Assembly (NCBI RefSeq): GCF_964355755.1
Contig: NC_092671.1
Coordinates: 32,932,304-32,996,303, forward strand
DNA: 64,000 nt
Direction of reading: 5' to 3'
Source of the DNA: Antedon mediterranea
Lineage: Eukaryota > Animalia > Echinodermata
Positions within the stretch are counted from its first letter, which is position 1; each line of letters starts with the position of its first letter. Shown here piece after piece: positions 1-15,200 of the stretch. The notes beneath the pieces are model-generated. The model ran no database searches and was not told the origin of the DNA. It saw nothing but the letters and a program-made list of their open reading frames with translations. Position numbers and translations under genes: made by a program.

Positions 1-125
1 GGATACAAAACCAGGCATCTGGTGCTTGTCATTTTAGTTTCATCTCTTTAGTTTAATAATATTCTAGGTAACCACATGAATTGGTTTGTTTTTACTATTG
101 CCAAAAATGCTTAAATAATACCTAC

Positions 126-296
126 CGTCACATCTGGGACAGCAAGATCCAGGTAAAAATGTTGGATTCTGACAATCTATGATTGGGCATGTAACATTCT
201 TGCATATTAACTCTCCTTCCATACACATACACGTTTCGCAATTACCTCTTCTCACTGAATCCCCGTTGTTGTAGTTGTTTCCATCAAACGTACATC
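126..296 (-). CDS. Exon 29: VWC 13 (gene continues beyond window)
   Basis: CTFDGNNYNNGDS...CETCMC...GSCCPRCD, donor GTAGG at 125-124. Confidence 0.88.
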
Positions 297-3200
297 CTGA
301 AATGTCCAAAGTACTAATAAGCACAACCATTGAATACATACCAGATGTACCTTACTACCATATATTTGCATTAATTTATGCTAGGAATACCATTTGATGT
401 AATCGTAATGAGAATACAGCAGGCTTTCTCAGCAGAAACAGTATATCAATTCAATTCTCACTTACATACAGACAATGAGCCAGTATTCATACTGTGATCG
501 TTTCTGGAATATCCATTAACACAACCCATTTTAGAAAGGACACCCTCAACAGTATATAGTGTTGTTTTGACAAAATGCTGGTCCTGCCATGAGGAATAGC
601 TTGGCCTAAATTAGCCTAGCCCTAGCTAGTGACAGCTGTATGTGCATATGACGCATATTCCTTGTTGTATTACCAGGTCGCCAGGTAGTCAGGCTTATAC
701 CATCATCTTGCCGGTATAACTTTCAGATACTCTTCTTTATTAATCTAGAGTTTGTAGAATATTACCTCTAAGACAGTCTGCACAACATATTCTATTATCT
801 TGTTGTGGGAAACTGCAATCAGCTGGTCTGCAAACCTGCTTCACACAAGACATTGACCCTTGCTCACAGGTACAGGTTTCACATGGATCATCACGTGGTA
901 TTGTCTCTGACTCGCTGTAACTTCTGCCCTCAATTTCACATCCTATATAAATTTATTAAAACCGTTAAAAACGTTTATTATTTATTATCAGGGATACAAA
1001 AAGCCAACGCAGACAACGTTGTACGACAAGGCCTGATGGAATGTCTGTCTGAGTTGAATCCTGACGAGACAAGTTGTCTTGAGATAGTGTCGGCCGTAGT
1101 TTTTATGGCCATTGCAAGAACTTTAAACATGTTTAATTTTCTCCCAACGAGACGACCCGTTATGCCTTGTCATACGACGCTCTCCGAGTTGGCCTTACCA
1201 TACAGTAGAACAGTATATTATGTTCATAACATATTGTTTGAAGGTTTACATGGCGTAATCAATATGTTGATATAAAGTTTGCTGAACACCACATATGTTT
1301 AGTTCTGAAAAGAACTGTTGAGTTTCTCTTCTATCATTTCAAGGAAAAGTGTCACCTTGTTTACAAATCATTAGTAATGGCGACTACCTCTTGTATATTA
1401 CCTTCATCACATGGACAACACATGCCAGGTCTTTGAACTGGATTTAGACAATTAGTAACCCTGCAACCAATCTTTTGGCAGTTCCCCACCTCACCATCAC
1501 GGCAATAGCACAATTCACATGGATCTCTTCCCTTAAATGAATCACCATTTCTGTAAGTCCTTCCATTGTATTCGCATCCTAAAAAATGTATGCAATGACT
1601 TGTTTAGTTCTACACAAAATCAAAAGGGAGCATTTTCACCAGAAATATTAATTAGAAAGTTGGTCCAAAATATTTGTAAGAATGTTTCTGACACCAATGC
1701 TTTTCTTAAATACAGTTACATACCACCACTACCACCACCACCACTAACTTGCCATTAGCCCGCGTGTGAATGTTGAAAAGCACTGGTTTTCAGAATGTAT
1801 GCAAGTAGTTTATAAAATTTAAACTAAATAAACTAATCAAAATCTGGTCTGTGAAGGTTTCTATAGTGTTTTCTTCTCTGGGAGAGTATATATGGACTTT
1901 ATGCATCAGGAATGGTAAACAAAGGTGATGATAATTAACAAAGCGTGACAGTTATTTTGAGACACAAGTGATAGCGGTAGTCTCCTTCTAGACATAGTCC
2001 ACAGACCCTGTACACACAGGGTTGGTGGACATATTTGAGACATTCTGCATTAGGCAGGCTAGGTCTTAGTACGAAACGGAGTATACTCTGTATACTGTGC
2101 TTATACACATGCGCAGATTAATATTTTGTATACATTACTGTATCATTTTATGTACCATCCCCTTTCGTCTACCGTCCTGATGTGTAAAGTAAAAAACAAA
2201 CCTGTGCATTCTGGGCAACATCCTCCAGGTGGAGTAACTGGATACTGGCACGGAATCGACTGGCATGGGATGCGGCTACATCTAACACCTCCATTATCGC
2301 ATCTGCACTGTCTACATGGAACGTCATCTGCGAATATCTCTCCATTGCGATATTGCATTCCATTATATTCACAACCTAATATTACATCATCTTTGTTCAG
2401 AATATATGCAATACACAAGCAAGAACTAAAGGTTAACATTTGCAATCAAAAATTTTGTTTAAAGGCCTGTATCTATTTACACAAAATAACTCTTGCCATG
2501 TCACTAACAATAACTATACACACAACCATGTGGAAAAAACATTCATAACTGTGTTCAGTCAGTGCCTACAATGTGGCTCAAATAAGGTCAACTAAAACTT
2601 TAAGTTGCAGTTTATGCTGAAGAGAAATATTTGGTTATTAGTAAAAATTTTGTTTTTAATGAGCTATTTTTAACAGTTTTTTTATTCCTACTCTATGAAT
2701 AGTGTACTAGGCTACCTTTTAACTTCTGAGAGATGAAGCAATACTGATAAGGAGGCATGTATGCTACATGCGGGTCTAAAGCTCTGTCTACACTATCAAA
2801 CTTTATGTGACAATGTGATGTGCCAATATATAGACACGATGTCATATCACTAACATATTTGAGCATCACACTTTTTGTGTCAAACTAGTTTGATAGTGTA
2901 GTGTTTTAGGGTATGTTTAGATGTATGGAGTTATGGTATTTTTTATTGTAAAGCAAGGTTACAAATTTTAGCCTACATAAGCTAAAAAATGTATATAACC
3001 GAGGGAGACTGGCACTGAAGTCTACGCATTCTTACCATCACAGTGAGGGCAGCATTCTCCTTGTAATTTAATTGGGTAATCACATGTGACAACTGGACAA
3101 ACCAGCTCTTGGCACTCAATATTACCCCTCCTGCATACACAATCCTGGCAACTTGAACTCTGGAATCTTTCCCTATTAGCATACTGCTGATCGTCATGGA

Positions 3201-6200
3201 AGCAACCTATAATAAAAAATATTGAGAATTTTGATTGGTGGAGCAGGGCGGGACTACCATATTTAAAGAGTCTTTGTCCCACCAAACTTAGTATTATAAG
3301 TCTTCCATTTAGCCTAATTTCAAAACAGCAACCACCCAGATTCCTCTGGGTATTTTTCCAACCCTACAATCCATACCATTTTGACATCCACCCTAGACTT
3401 CTCTAGTCTCTGATAACAGTTAAAACTGTAAAATAACATCAACCTTATTATGCAGGACAGGGAAATTGACAGTCATGTAGTTATACATAGTGAGTTTACA
3501 CTATAAGAGTAAGTGGCTCTGAGCTAATAACACCCACAAATACATTTTACAAAGCTAAAAACAATAAATAAAGAGTACAGTACTAGTATTATATGTTTCA
3601 CCATGGGGCAGAACACAACCATCTAAAGTTGACCCTGGATTAAATTTTTAAATTCCCCTACAGATCATAAAGGCCCGTTTACACTAGAACGATAACGATC
3701 AACGACAAATAAGCAAATGTGCATTTTTCATACATAAAACATAAGAAATTTAAAAACTTTTCATTCTAGAACTATAGAATAACCATCTATGCTTCCTTTG
3801 ATGAAAATTATATTTTCACACTTCCTTTGTATTATGTAAAAAAAATGCATATTTGTCTATTTATCGTTATCGTCCTAGTGTAAATGGGCCTTAAACCTTT
3901 CTGGAAGGAGTAACAGATTACATCTTCATATCAGTAAAGAATAGAACATTAATCTCAATAATAGCCTAAAGGTCTGTCTACACTTATCAAAGTTTATATG
4001 ACAAAAAAGTGTGATGTACTGGTAGTAATATGACATCATCGTGTACATATATGAGCACATCACATTTTTTGGTAACATAAAAAGTGTAGAGAGACCTTAA
4101 TATGCAAAAACACATGACAGTTTAATTTAATTTATTTGCCATGTTGCATAAAAATGTACAAACACCAGTCTCACCATCACAAACAGGACAACACTCATTA
4201 GGTAAAGTACCAGGTTGTAAGCATGCTGTATCTGAACACTGCATTTCACCACAGGACACTGTTTGACCACGACAGACACATACCTCACAAGGACCACTAG
4301 GGCCAGTGACCGACTCGCCATTGGCAAGTTCAATATCATTATAAAGACATCCTACAAAAATTCAAAATACAAGACAAATTCATGCATATGTGTCCTGCTT
4401 GAGGCCTCAAAGATTGTATACAATTTTTAAATTGTACTGTATTTGTACATAAATTTCATTAGATTCATTTTAATTCTAAAAATTACTATTTGAAAGAGAT
4501 GTTTTTAAAAAGGAAATGGCATTTTATGTTTTTAAGTAAACAATAAAAATGTATGCTCAACACAAGTGACAGTTTTACTTTTTAATTAAAAACTTATATT
4601 CAATAAACACATATGAATAGAAGAAACTGTCAAATTGTTGGGTTCTGGATTAAAATCCTAAAATTATTTTCTCAAAATATAAATACTTACAATTTCATTA
4701 GAAATTAAATCAATAAAACAGTGTAATAAATATATTTGCTATTGATTACATCAAAACATAAAGACAACATTGTGTATATTGGCGGCAGCAAGTGATGTTA
4801 ATGTAAACAAATATGTAAACATGCTCAAGATATACTTTAAACAGTTTTATCTTAACCAGTAAAAACAGACCTTATGGAACATTCCCTTGGGTCTAAAAAC
4901 ATAATATTTCAGGGCTATAAAATATTTATTTGTATTTATTAGTTACAAACAAAACAACAACTGCAACAAAGAAACACACTCATTATTATGCTGCAAATAA
5001 AAACATAAACAAGTTACACAATAAACAATGACGATATAAACACAGTAAACATATTTGGCAATAAAAATAACCTTTGCAAATTACAAATATAATAAAAAAG
5101 AAAGATATGAGATTAGTATAGATAGTATTCTCAATTTTTTTCGTGACCACAGATGGTTCTTGAAAAATGTAATAAAGCTTGGCATAATTAATAACAGGCA
5201 ATTTTCAAATGTAGACAAGGCTATGTGTGTACTGCAGAACTATACCTGTCGTTCACACGGAGGGATAAATACAGACACTGTGATTCATGCACCTACATAC
5301 GAAAGAGAAACTTTTCACAACATGAGTCCAAATTATTGAATCAAATTTAAACGAAACCAATTTTGTTGGTATAGTTTTCATGGCACATTTGATGAATGTG
5401 GTGTGGTACGTTTACGATTACAAAATTCAACTTTGCTGATTATCATGGTAAATTGAAATAGTGGAAAAAAAATGTGACATATTAACATGGAACTTGAAAT
5501 AAAGAATGTATATAAATGTCATTATTATTTTGTTAATGATACAAAAAAAATACTGTTAGTTAAATAATCAAGATCATTAGTTGCAAGTTGCTGTTACTGA
5601 GCATTATGGGAAGCATTTAGCCATTCAGTTTTTTGCAGCACATGCAACTAGTTTAAACCGCTTCTGCCTACCTTCACAAACAGGACAACATTGCTCTGAC
5701 TTAAAGGTTGGGTTTTCACACATTACGTTACATTCAATGATGTCACAATTGACACGCCCATTGAAACATGAACAATTTTGACACATGTCATGTGACGGTA
5801 TCCATGACGATCCTTCAGGGTGTAGTCCACCAAACTGATCACTACAGTCTGAGGTGAAAGTATGCACACATGCACATATAATACAAAGTTTATCTACATA
5901 TTTATCTTATTTTTAAAGTTGTAGTTCCACAGTATTGGATATAGTTGAGTATAGAATATAATTAGGAATTAATCAAAAGAAATTAAATATCATTTGATAT
6001 AAAATAGTACTAAGCAATTGGCATTCTAAAGCTTTTATACTTTCAGTTTGTTTACAAAATATTACATTCTCAATGAAACTACAGCTTTAATATCCAATAT
6101 AAAACATGTCTCTCCAATTATAAACCCTACAATTAAAATTATTTCCGGTCTAGGCAAACACAACATACAGCTATTTAGTATAGCAAATATCGGGGGATTC

Positions 6201-9200
6201 AAACAGGGCCTTTAAATGGAGAACAACCTGTACTACAACAAAGCACAATTTAAAAGTATAAAACTAATAATCTTGCTAAGAACTACACTAAGCAGAACAG
6301 GTGGGGAAAGAGATATTGTACACACAGTTATAAAGCTTGGGTAAGGGAAGGTAAAGGAATATAATGCAGCTTGGGAGACAAGCAAAGTTGTAACGGCTCA
6401 CCACAAAATGAGTAATTAAGGCCCCTTTACACTAGGATGATAATGATCGACGATAAATAGATAATAATATGCTTTTTTCATACATAAAACAAAAGAAATC
6501 TAACAAGTTTTCACTATTGAACTATAGGATAACCATCTATGTTGCCTTTAATGAAAATATCCCACATCCAAGAAAATTACGTCATGATTAGTAAGAGCAA
6601 TAATATTGTGATGATTCAACGATTTTATTGTTCTTATTGAACATGACGTCATTTGATTGGATTTAAAAAAAATTATTTTATTAAAGACAGCGTAAATGGT
6701 TATCCTATAGTTCTAGAATCTAGAAATTTCTTTTATTTTATGTAAGAAAGATTTATGTTTATCCATTCAGCGTCGATTGTTATCGTCCTAGTGTCCTAGT
6801 TTAACTTTGTACTTATATATTTGTACAATCCATTACACAACATGGCAAATTGTTCTATAGTATACAAATATTTACTGGGCTAAGGGGCATTGTTAAAAAT
6901 ATAGCCCAAGATGATCTGGAAACTATACTATATCCCGCGAGGAGGGATATAGTATGTCTCTAGGTCACCGAGGGCAATATTTTTTACCATGCCCCTTAAG
7001 CCCAGTAAATATATATATATATATTTTTTTAACCACTTTTTGCCAAACAAATGTGAACATGAATAAATCATTAAGTTTGGTCCAAATTGTCATTTTGTGG
7101 TGAGCAAAAGGAATTCAAAGCATTACCATACTATCAACTATGCAATCTTCAAATCTATAGCATAAACTAATAAATTAACTAATGCTAAATTAATCATTAT
7201 AATCAAGCAATCAATTAAACAACACATTCAATTATTATTGTGTCAATCAATCAATCAATCCACTAATTCATCAATATTATTTTGTCATTAAAGAGTAAAA
7301 ATAATAAATAACTTATCTGGGTTGGTACATACCAGGGCAGACTGGACAGCATTCTCCAGGTGGCATCTCTGGGACACGGCACGTCACCTCTGGACAGCCT
7401 CTCTTCTGACACCTAACCACGCCATAGCTACACAGACACTGCTGGCATGGGTCAGATGGCGGAGTAAAATATTGACTGTTTGATACACGCATATCATCAT
7501 ATAAACAATCTAAAGAAGATTTAGAGAAAAATATGTTGGAAATCCATGCTTTCTAAAGAGAATCTCATGTGATTGTTAATAAGTTGTGCTGTATTGTCCA
7601 TTGGAAAATACTGGAACTCTGACATGATTTGAATGACCCTGGGATTGGTAATCAATCATGTCAACCATCAAGACAAATTTCACCTCCTTTCTTCATAACA
7701 TTCATGTAGATATAACAAATTACCTATACAGTCTGAGCAACATTGCCCTGGAGCAATATAACCATTATCACACCTCTGCCGACAAGATTGTGCTTTTTGA
7801 CAGATGACCTCTGACCCTTGGCATGTACATTCATTACACTGATCAGCAGATATCCATGTTTGCCCATCTTCATAAATCCTACCATTATCAACGCATTCTA
7901 TGAATAATGAAAACTAAATTTATATGGGACAATATAAAAATACATGTTGCTAGTTCGTAATTGAAACATGTAAGATACTTATGCCTCAAATTTTTGGGAT
8001 AAGTATAGTGTTAAGTTACAGGCCTATAATTGTCAGCCCAAACACAAAGCTGTCTGAACCGATTGAAATACCCATGCTTAACAACATTGTTACCTTACAT
8101 GAAGAAAAATGGCCTCTCCAAACAAAGGTTGTAGGTCGAGTTTATGAATATACATTGGGATAAATCATTTCAGTGGATCATGAAATGGAACAACCCTAAT
8201 GCAACTACACTTACTGTCACTACAGGTTTCACAGCAACTTCCTAGAATTCTCACTGGATTGTCACATCCTGGATCTTCACATTTTGTCGGATTACACCTC
8301 ACTAGTGAATCCTAAACCATGAATGTATATAAAAAAATAGGTAAATCTAATAACACTACAAAACATCCAGGGATTAGAATATGTCTTGAAATGGCTTAAT
8401 TTTAAATATATAGAAGCACTGAATCAACATAGAACCTGTACAGCAGACCTACAGTGTTATATCCATGTAATTAGGTCTGAACTGGATTTTTAGATGGATA
8501 TGAACATTTTTTTAATGATTTCGAGTTATCAGCGGAATATGTGAACAGTTGCATTTACATACTTGTTCATTATGAAAATGAAAGATTAAAAAGTCTAAGG
8601 CATAGGCTACAGTAGGTCTAGATATTTCACTCGCAAAAATAATTATTGTTGGATTTAAACAAAAAGTAAAATTATAAATGTACTATTTTCACTTCATTTT
8701 TTTGCAAATCTTCCATCTTAATTAAGGGTCTCAATGTTCATAATATATGATTATCCTTAAAAAAAGTTCAAAGTATTCTTACCATGCAGGAGCATCTTAG
8801 ACAAGGATTTGACATTGGTGTAAAGAAGTCTCCATTACTGAACATCATACCCTCATACTCACATCCATTTCTACATTGAGGACAGCAATTACCCACAGGT
8901 ATATACTGATCTGTGCATAGCAACTCTGGGCAGAGCTTTGCACATGTGACATTACCACCCATACAGGTACATGTGTCACACTCTCCTTGGGCTATCGATT
9001 CTCCATCATGCATTCGAATACCATTAAAGTCACAGCCTAAAAAAACATGAATATCATTTTAAGATTAAAAATGTAGAAGTAAACGAAAAGATACTTTGTT
9101 TAATTCTATTCACACATGTCAATGGTGGGAATCCAAATTTAAATTTGCAGCACATTTTTAAAAAATGTTGGGGAGCAATGAAGTAGGTTACCTACCATCA

Positions 9201-12200
9201 CAAATGGGGCAGCAACCACCTCTGGGAGTCTTTGGGCTTTCACAATCCACTGGAGGGCATGGCCGTGTAGTACACCTTACGTTCCCTTCCTAATAAATAA
9301 AAGTAGAATGAAAATCATTAGACATGAGAATTATAGAGTAATATCTTGCATGGTTACTAAGGCTAAAGGCATGGTACCCCAATAATGATGCTAAAGATGA
9401 TGGATTGGTTGTGAAAAAACATGTGATCAAAAAGAAAAACTGACAGACAGTGTATCTATCATGAAGGCTAAAACATGAATTTGAAATATGATACAAATGG
9501 ATGAGGCTATCGGCACGGCCAATTTTTAAACTTTCCTATCTGTATGGTCAGCCATGCATCTAATTCTTTGTTTTCTATCGGCATGCTCATTCCTTTTGTG
9601 CCCTATCAACACAGGAAACTAGGTACACAATCGACCATGGGAGTTTACATTAGATGTGCTGATAGTAAATAACAAATTATATACACGGTTATTTGACCAT
9701 GCCGATAGTCACAAATAGTAATAAGATCATAGTAAAAATTAGTTTGCATATTATGGACATAGTTAAAGAGGGTGTAAATAATAATAATAAATAAATATGA
9801 ATTACCTGACAAAGGCATGATTCACAACTATCTATATCTAGGACAACGTCTGCTCCATTCTTTATCAAGAAACCTTGGTACATACAGTCTAATAAATAAA
9901 TGTTGATTATTATAATTTTATATTCATTAATGTCAACAACTGTATATAATCGAAGATTCATAAAACACTCAATTGTATTATAGAAACATGTATTATTAGT
10001 AGTCCAAGTCAATCCTATACCGCACTGGAGTTGAGCTTCAATAAAAACTCTCAAATGTAGTTGAAAAGTGTAACATCCGAGTCGACAGCGCCCATGAGCA
10101 ATGATCCATTCGTTGGAATGCCGCTATGCAAAAACTCATCCATTATCATTATATGTGAACAATTTGTCATTATCGTACAAGACATACCTTATAATAATGG
10201 TAGCCGACAGTAAATCGTAGTATGGTGGGTTTAGCTCTTCACTAACCTTTACAATATGAACAGCACTCATCTGGCCTCTTCCCAGGGTGAGAACAGCTAA
10301 AAACTGTTGGGCATGGCTCAGTTACACATGATACATTTTTCCTCTGTTGCAAAACATATTGAGTTATTAAGTATTTAAATTTCATAATACAGTAAACTTT
10401 CTCAATACCAGGCACAGTTCTGCTGGCCTAATATGTCTGGTATTACGAATGTGTTTTTAATGGTAAATAAGAATCTGGGACCTTTGCGACATGAAGACAA
10501 GTTTGGTTTTCAGATAATCCGTTAATTGAGAGATTCAAAAAATATTTACATCTCTTATATTATCTGATTAAATTTAACAAAAGGTATCTTAGTTCAAAGT
10601 AGATTAATATATCTAAAAAGGCAGCTAAAAATGTTGGATAGCTACATACAACAGCAGATACGGCAGTACCAGAGTAACATAACTCATATATTCATGCAAT
10701 AGTAGAAACAGTTCAACAACATATCATTATGTTTACTAAAAAGATTGGAAATTCAGTAAAAAACATGTAGTAGGTTTTTTACAGTCAGCTGTTCATAACC
10801 ACTAAACCATAATGTGGCTGGGTGGGGTTAAGCTTCATACCTATAAAGCATGACATATTTACCTGGCAAGTACATGTAGTGCAAGAATCAGCCTTCCAAG
10901 TTTCACCATGCCGATACTCTCTACCATCAAGAATACAGCGATCTTTAAAATAAAATAACATTTGTTAACTTGAGGCTAATAAGTACTTTGATAGATATAA
11001 AGCACATGTTACTATTACATTTTAAGTATTGCAGGACAGTGATTAAATGGTATGTTGCATGTATACAATGTACATATTTATTGTTTATTAAGGTTCACAT
11101 AGCAAACATAGTTTTTTCAACATTATAAAAATATTTACATTGTTGAAATAAAGTTTTCGGTACACCACATATATTTAGTTCTGAAAAGAAATTTCTCCAG
11201 GTTTCGATCAATATACTTTGATCACTATAACACAAATTCACTACCTTAGCTTCTAACTTAAGACTATAAGTATGATATAATTTATCTATCCTGTATTTGG
11301 CAAGTAAACTTGTTGTTAAGTTCTGTCTACACTATCAAATAAGTGTGATGCTCCCAAATATGGTAGTGATATGATGTCATCGTGTCCATATATGGGCACA
11401 TCACATCAAGTTTGATAGTGTAGACAGAGCTTTAGATGGGAATTTAAAATAAAAAATACCTTCAGGTAAAAACTGCCCTTCACAGTCAACTATCTGATCA
11501 TTATCAAACCACATAGCATTGCAGCCACCACAAACATCAACGACACAGACAGCAGCAGGATAAAGGTGGCATCCATTGGAGTTGACGTTGCATGGATTGA
11601 AAGAACAGGTAGCATAGCTATCCTCACAAACGCAGTTTGTGAGAAGAGTCTCTACCTCAAAACAAAAACTGAAAAAAAGAATTGTATTCTTAATTACTAC
11701 ATAAATTACTAGCTAAGATACCTGACCTAGAGAGGTTTTCTAATGTAGGATAAAGCCTTCCAAGTATGTTTCCAGTCATTTTGATACCCAATGTGTCTGT
11801 AATAGCAAAATGTTTATAACAAATGCACAAATGCAGCATACGTAGAGAACAGTGGAGATTTCAAAAACATTTTGGCTGCCATATTTGATCGAAGTATTTG
11901 AGTCTCTATGTCGTCCTTCAACCAAATAATACTTTGTTGTTTTTGTTTTTCTACATATATTTGCCGATTTTGGTCAAAATAAATGTTGAATTGTGCACAA
12001 TCTAAGATATATATATATATGTATATTGAAAATGGTGTCTATTTACCTGTTTTATGCCTGTTTTAAATGTTTTTATATTTGTAAGTATCATGTAATTCAG
12101 CCATTGGCTGCAATTTTGATATGCAATAAAATGAAATGAAATGAAATGAAATGAAAATGAAGTAGGTGTATAATTTCCAAATGTAGTTTAAAATCTTCCC

Positions 12201-15200
12201 AGTACACTTGCAGTCATTTTGATACCTTATGTGTATGAATACGTTCAATATCAAACGCACATACTCTCTCTCTCTCTTATATAAAATAGATGGTGTCAAA
12301 ATCGGTAATTTATGGAAAAATCTAATCCTATTGAACATTACCTTTTTTACAACCAAGATGAAAAACCCTCATAATAGTCGTAATGAGATTTAAGTACAAT
12401 ACATAACATTTGTGCACAATCTAAGATATATATATATATGTATATTGAAAATGGTGTCTATTTACCTGGAAGTGAAGACAGAGGCAGGAAACCTGGCTAT
12501 TGATCCCTGTACAACAGAAACTACTTTCTGTTGAGTTGTCCATGTCTGTTGAAACCAGATATCAGGCAACTGTGACAGAGGTGGGCACACACGTTCTATT
12601 GTCTCTAAAAACTGGAATGTCTGCGAAAACAAAATCTGATCAAGACGGTATGAGATCCACAAACTGTGTGGGCCATTAAATGAGTATGAGCAAAATTCTT
12701 GATTGTAGCCTTGCAAAGTGAAACCAAACTGGTCAAATCCGGCTTGATTCACTCCTAACCGGTTTAAGCAGTAGTCACTGAAGCCAGCATTTTTGTAAAA
12801 ATTGGTCATATCTGGTTCATTGTTTCTGTTGTAGCCATACTGGTTGTAGCCACGTCTGTCAAATCCTGATTGATCGTAGCCATATCGGTTGTATCCGTAG
12901 TTGTCATACCCATTGACATCATATCCATCGCGGTTAAATCCTTTGAAATAAACAGATTTGAACTTTAACAACAAATATCAAATTGTTTGCAAACACACTT
13001 TAAATGTATTTTAAAGCTTGGTTGTCACTAAGATGCAATGCAAGGACGTAAACGCAATGCAAATGAGTTGACCATAAACAAAGCAACAGTTTGGATAATC
13101 CTTTACTCACGATTGGTCAAATTACTTGCTTTGTGTTTATGTCCTTGCTGTGCATTCTAGTGAGAATCAAGTTTAAGAGAGAGATTTAGCTATTTAATAA
13201 TTGTTGTGTAAACAATTTTTTAACTAAATTATTATTATTATTACTATAATTATGTGGTTATAAGTGGTGAAATGTCCCCAAAAACTGAAAGCAATGGATG
13301 AAGATAGTTTTTGAAATTGTTCTTACCATTTCGCTCATATCCGTAGCGGTTAAAACCTCTACGGTCATAGCCAGTTCTATCATAGCCTTCAAAGTCATAC
13401 CCATCATAAATGTAGATATCACGACGATCTTGACGGCCATTTCGATCGTATCCATAAATATTAAAGCCAAATCTAGAAAAAAGTATTCGATTTTTAATAA
13501 AAAAATAATTGTCTAGGAGCGCCTTTGAACATGTGCTGTTAATATTGCTATAGGTTAACGTGCCACTGCATTAAACTGACGGCTACATGACCTACTGCAG
13601 TTTTCAAGATTGATTGCAAGTAATTCTTGTATGGAACTCAAAAACGGATCATAATTATATTTTACTACTATGGAATAGCTTTGGGTCAGGGAGTTGAGTA
13701 ATTGGTCAGATGTTTGCCTTACTCTGACGTAATTTTTGACTTTATACTTTACTTTATACATTACTTTACAATATGAAATACTATCGAATTATAAAAGAAA
13801 TTGTTTTTTTAATTGTCAAATGTTATATTTCAACTCTAAGCAGGCAATATCTGGCTCTATTAAGTGATTTATAATAAACTGTATTTACAACAAACACAAT
13901 TGAGTCAAGACTGGTACTAACCGGTTATATCCATCCCGATTGAATCCATTCCTGTCAAAACCTGCTGTATCAAAACCTTCAGAATTAAACAAAGGTTCTG
14001 TGATATTACATGGATCTCCAAATGTGGGCAGGGCATATGTCACACACAATCGACCTTCAAGGTCAAATGTATCTGTTGGTCGTAAGTTAAAAGGAACCAT
14101 CTTTACATTCCTGAGGAACTGTGGGTAGATTTCTACTCCATGCAGTTGCTGCCATCTCCAATAGAGCATATCAACGTACGATTGAAGAGCGAAGAACAGA
14201 GGATCGTATGGTGCCAACGCTGAGCTCATCTGTCCACCAGTAAAGGCAAAAACATACCCAGCGTACATTTGTATAGATTTAGTAAAAGAATCAAAATCAG
14301 AATTCACCAGAGCACGAGCAATGTCAACTTTGGTTGGGAGGCTAATATGTGACTGAAAGTTTCTGATGATGCATGGATCCCAAGCGCTAAAGTCACGGAA
14401 TGGATGGTCAGGAAGACAATCTCCTTGTCCATCACCGCCAAAATAGTTCGGCTGCCAAATGACGGCACGAGAGAAGTTCTGAACATCAGTGGTAAAATCA
14501 AAATATGGCAGGGCAACAGAGCAGTCAATTTCCTAAAACGAAAAACAGAATTGATTTTTAAAATATGCTTTTAAAAATACATTACACCATAAAACAATAT
14601 TCATAATTTTCACATATTAACAGAGGGAAACTATTAACTTTAAAAATCCACATTTTTTTTGGATAAATTTATGTAAATAAAAATGTCTGATAATATAATA
14701 TTATACCTGCAGCCGTCTTTCTACAGTGCGTAGGAACACACGATGCCACAGGAGGTAAAACTGTGTGGAGTGTGCATGCATGATATGGCGGCTGTAAAGA
14801 TCCCGGTACTGTTCCCATTCGTTACCAGGGCCTGAACTGCGCAAGACCTGCACAGCCTGTTGGAATCTTTCTATTTCAGCAGTTGTCATATCTCGTATTT
14901 CCTTTCGAACCACAAACTTTGTACATCTGAAAATTTGAGGTGGTAGATAGAATATATTATACATGTTGCATGTGATCTAATTTGTTATTAGTAATAGCTC
15001 TGGAATAGTTGTTTATTAGAGTGCAGATGTCTTTATTTAATGTAGGTGGTAAAATGAAAATGTGGAGTAATGTCTGTGAAACTAGGCCTGCATGTGTACT
15101 ATGTCCACTATGTTGTGTTGTGAGGATGTAGAATCTTTGGACATCTACAATTTTTAGCCACGCTACAATACCACTATATACATCAACTCTTCTTATTGTG

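Noticed and set aside
805-2548. Plus-strand ORFs 805-1275, 1537-1758, 2126-2548
   Set aside because: Antisense shadows of VWC exons running into intron or MITE sequence.
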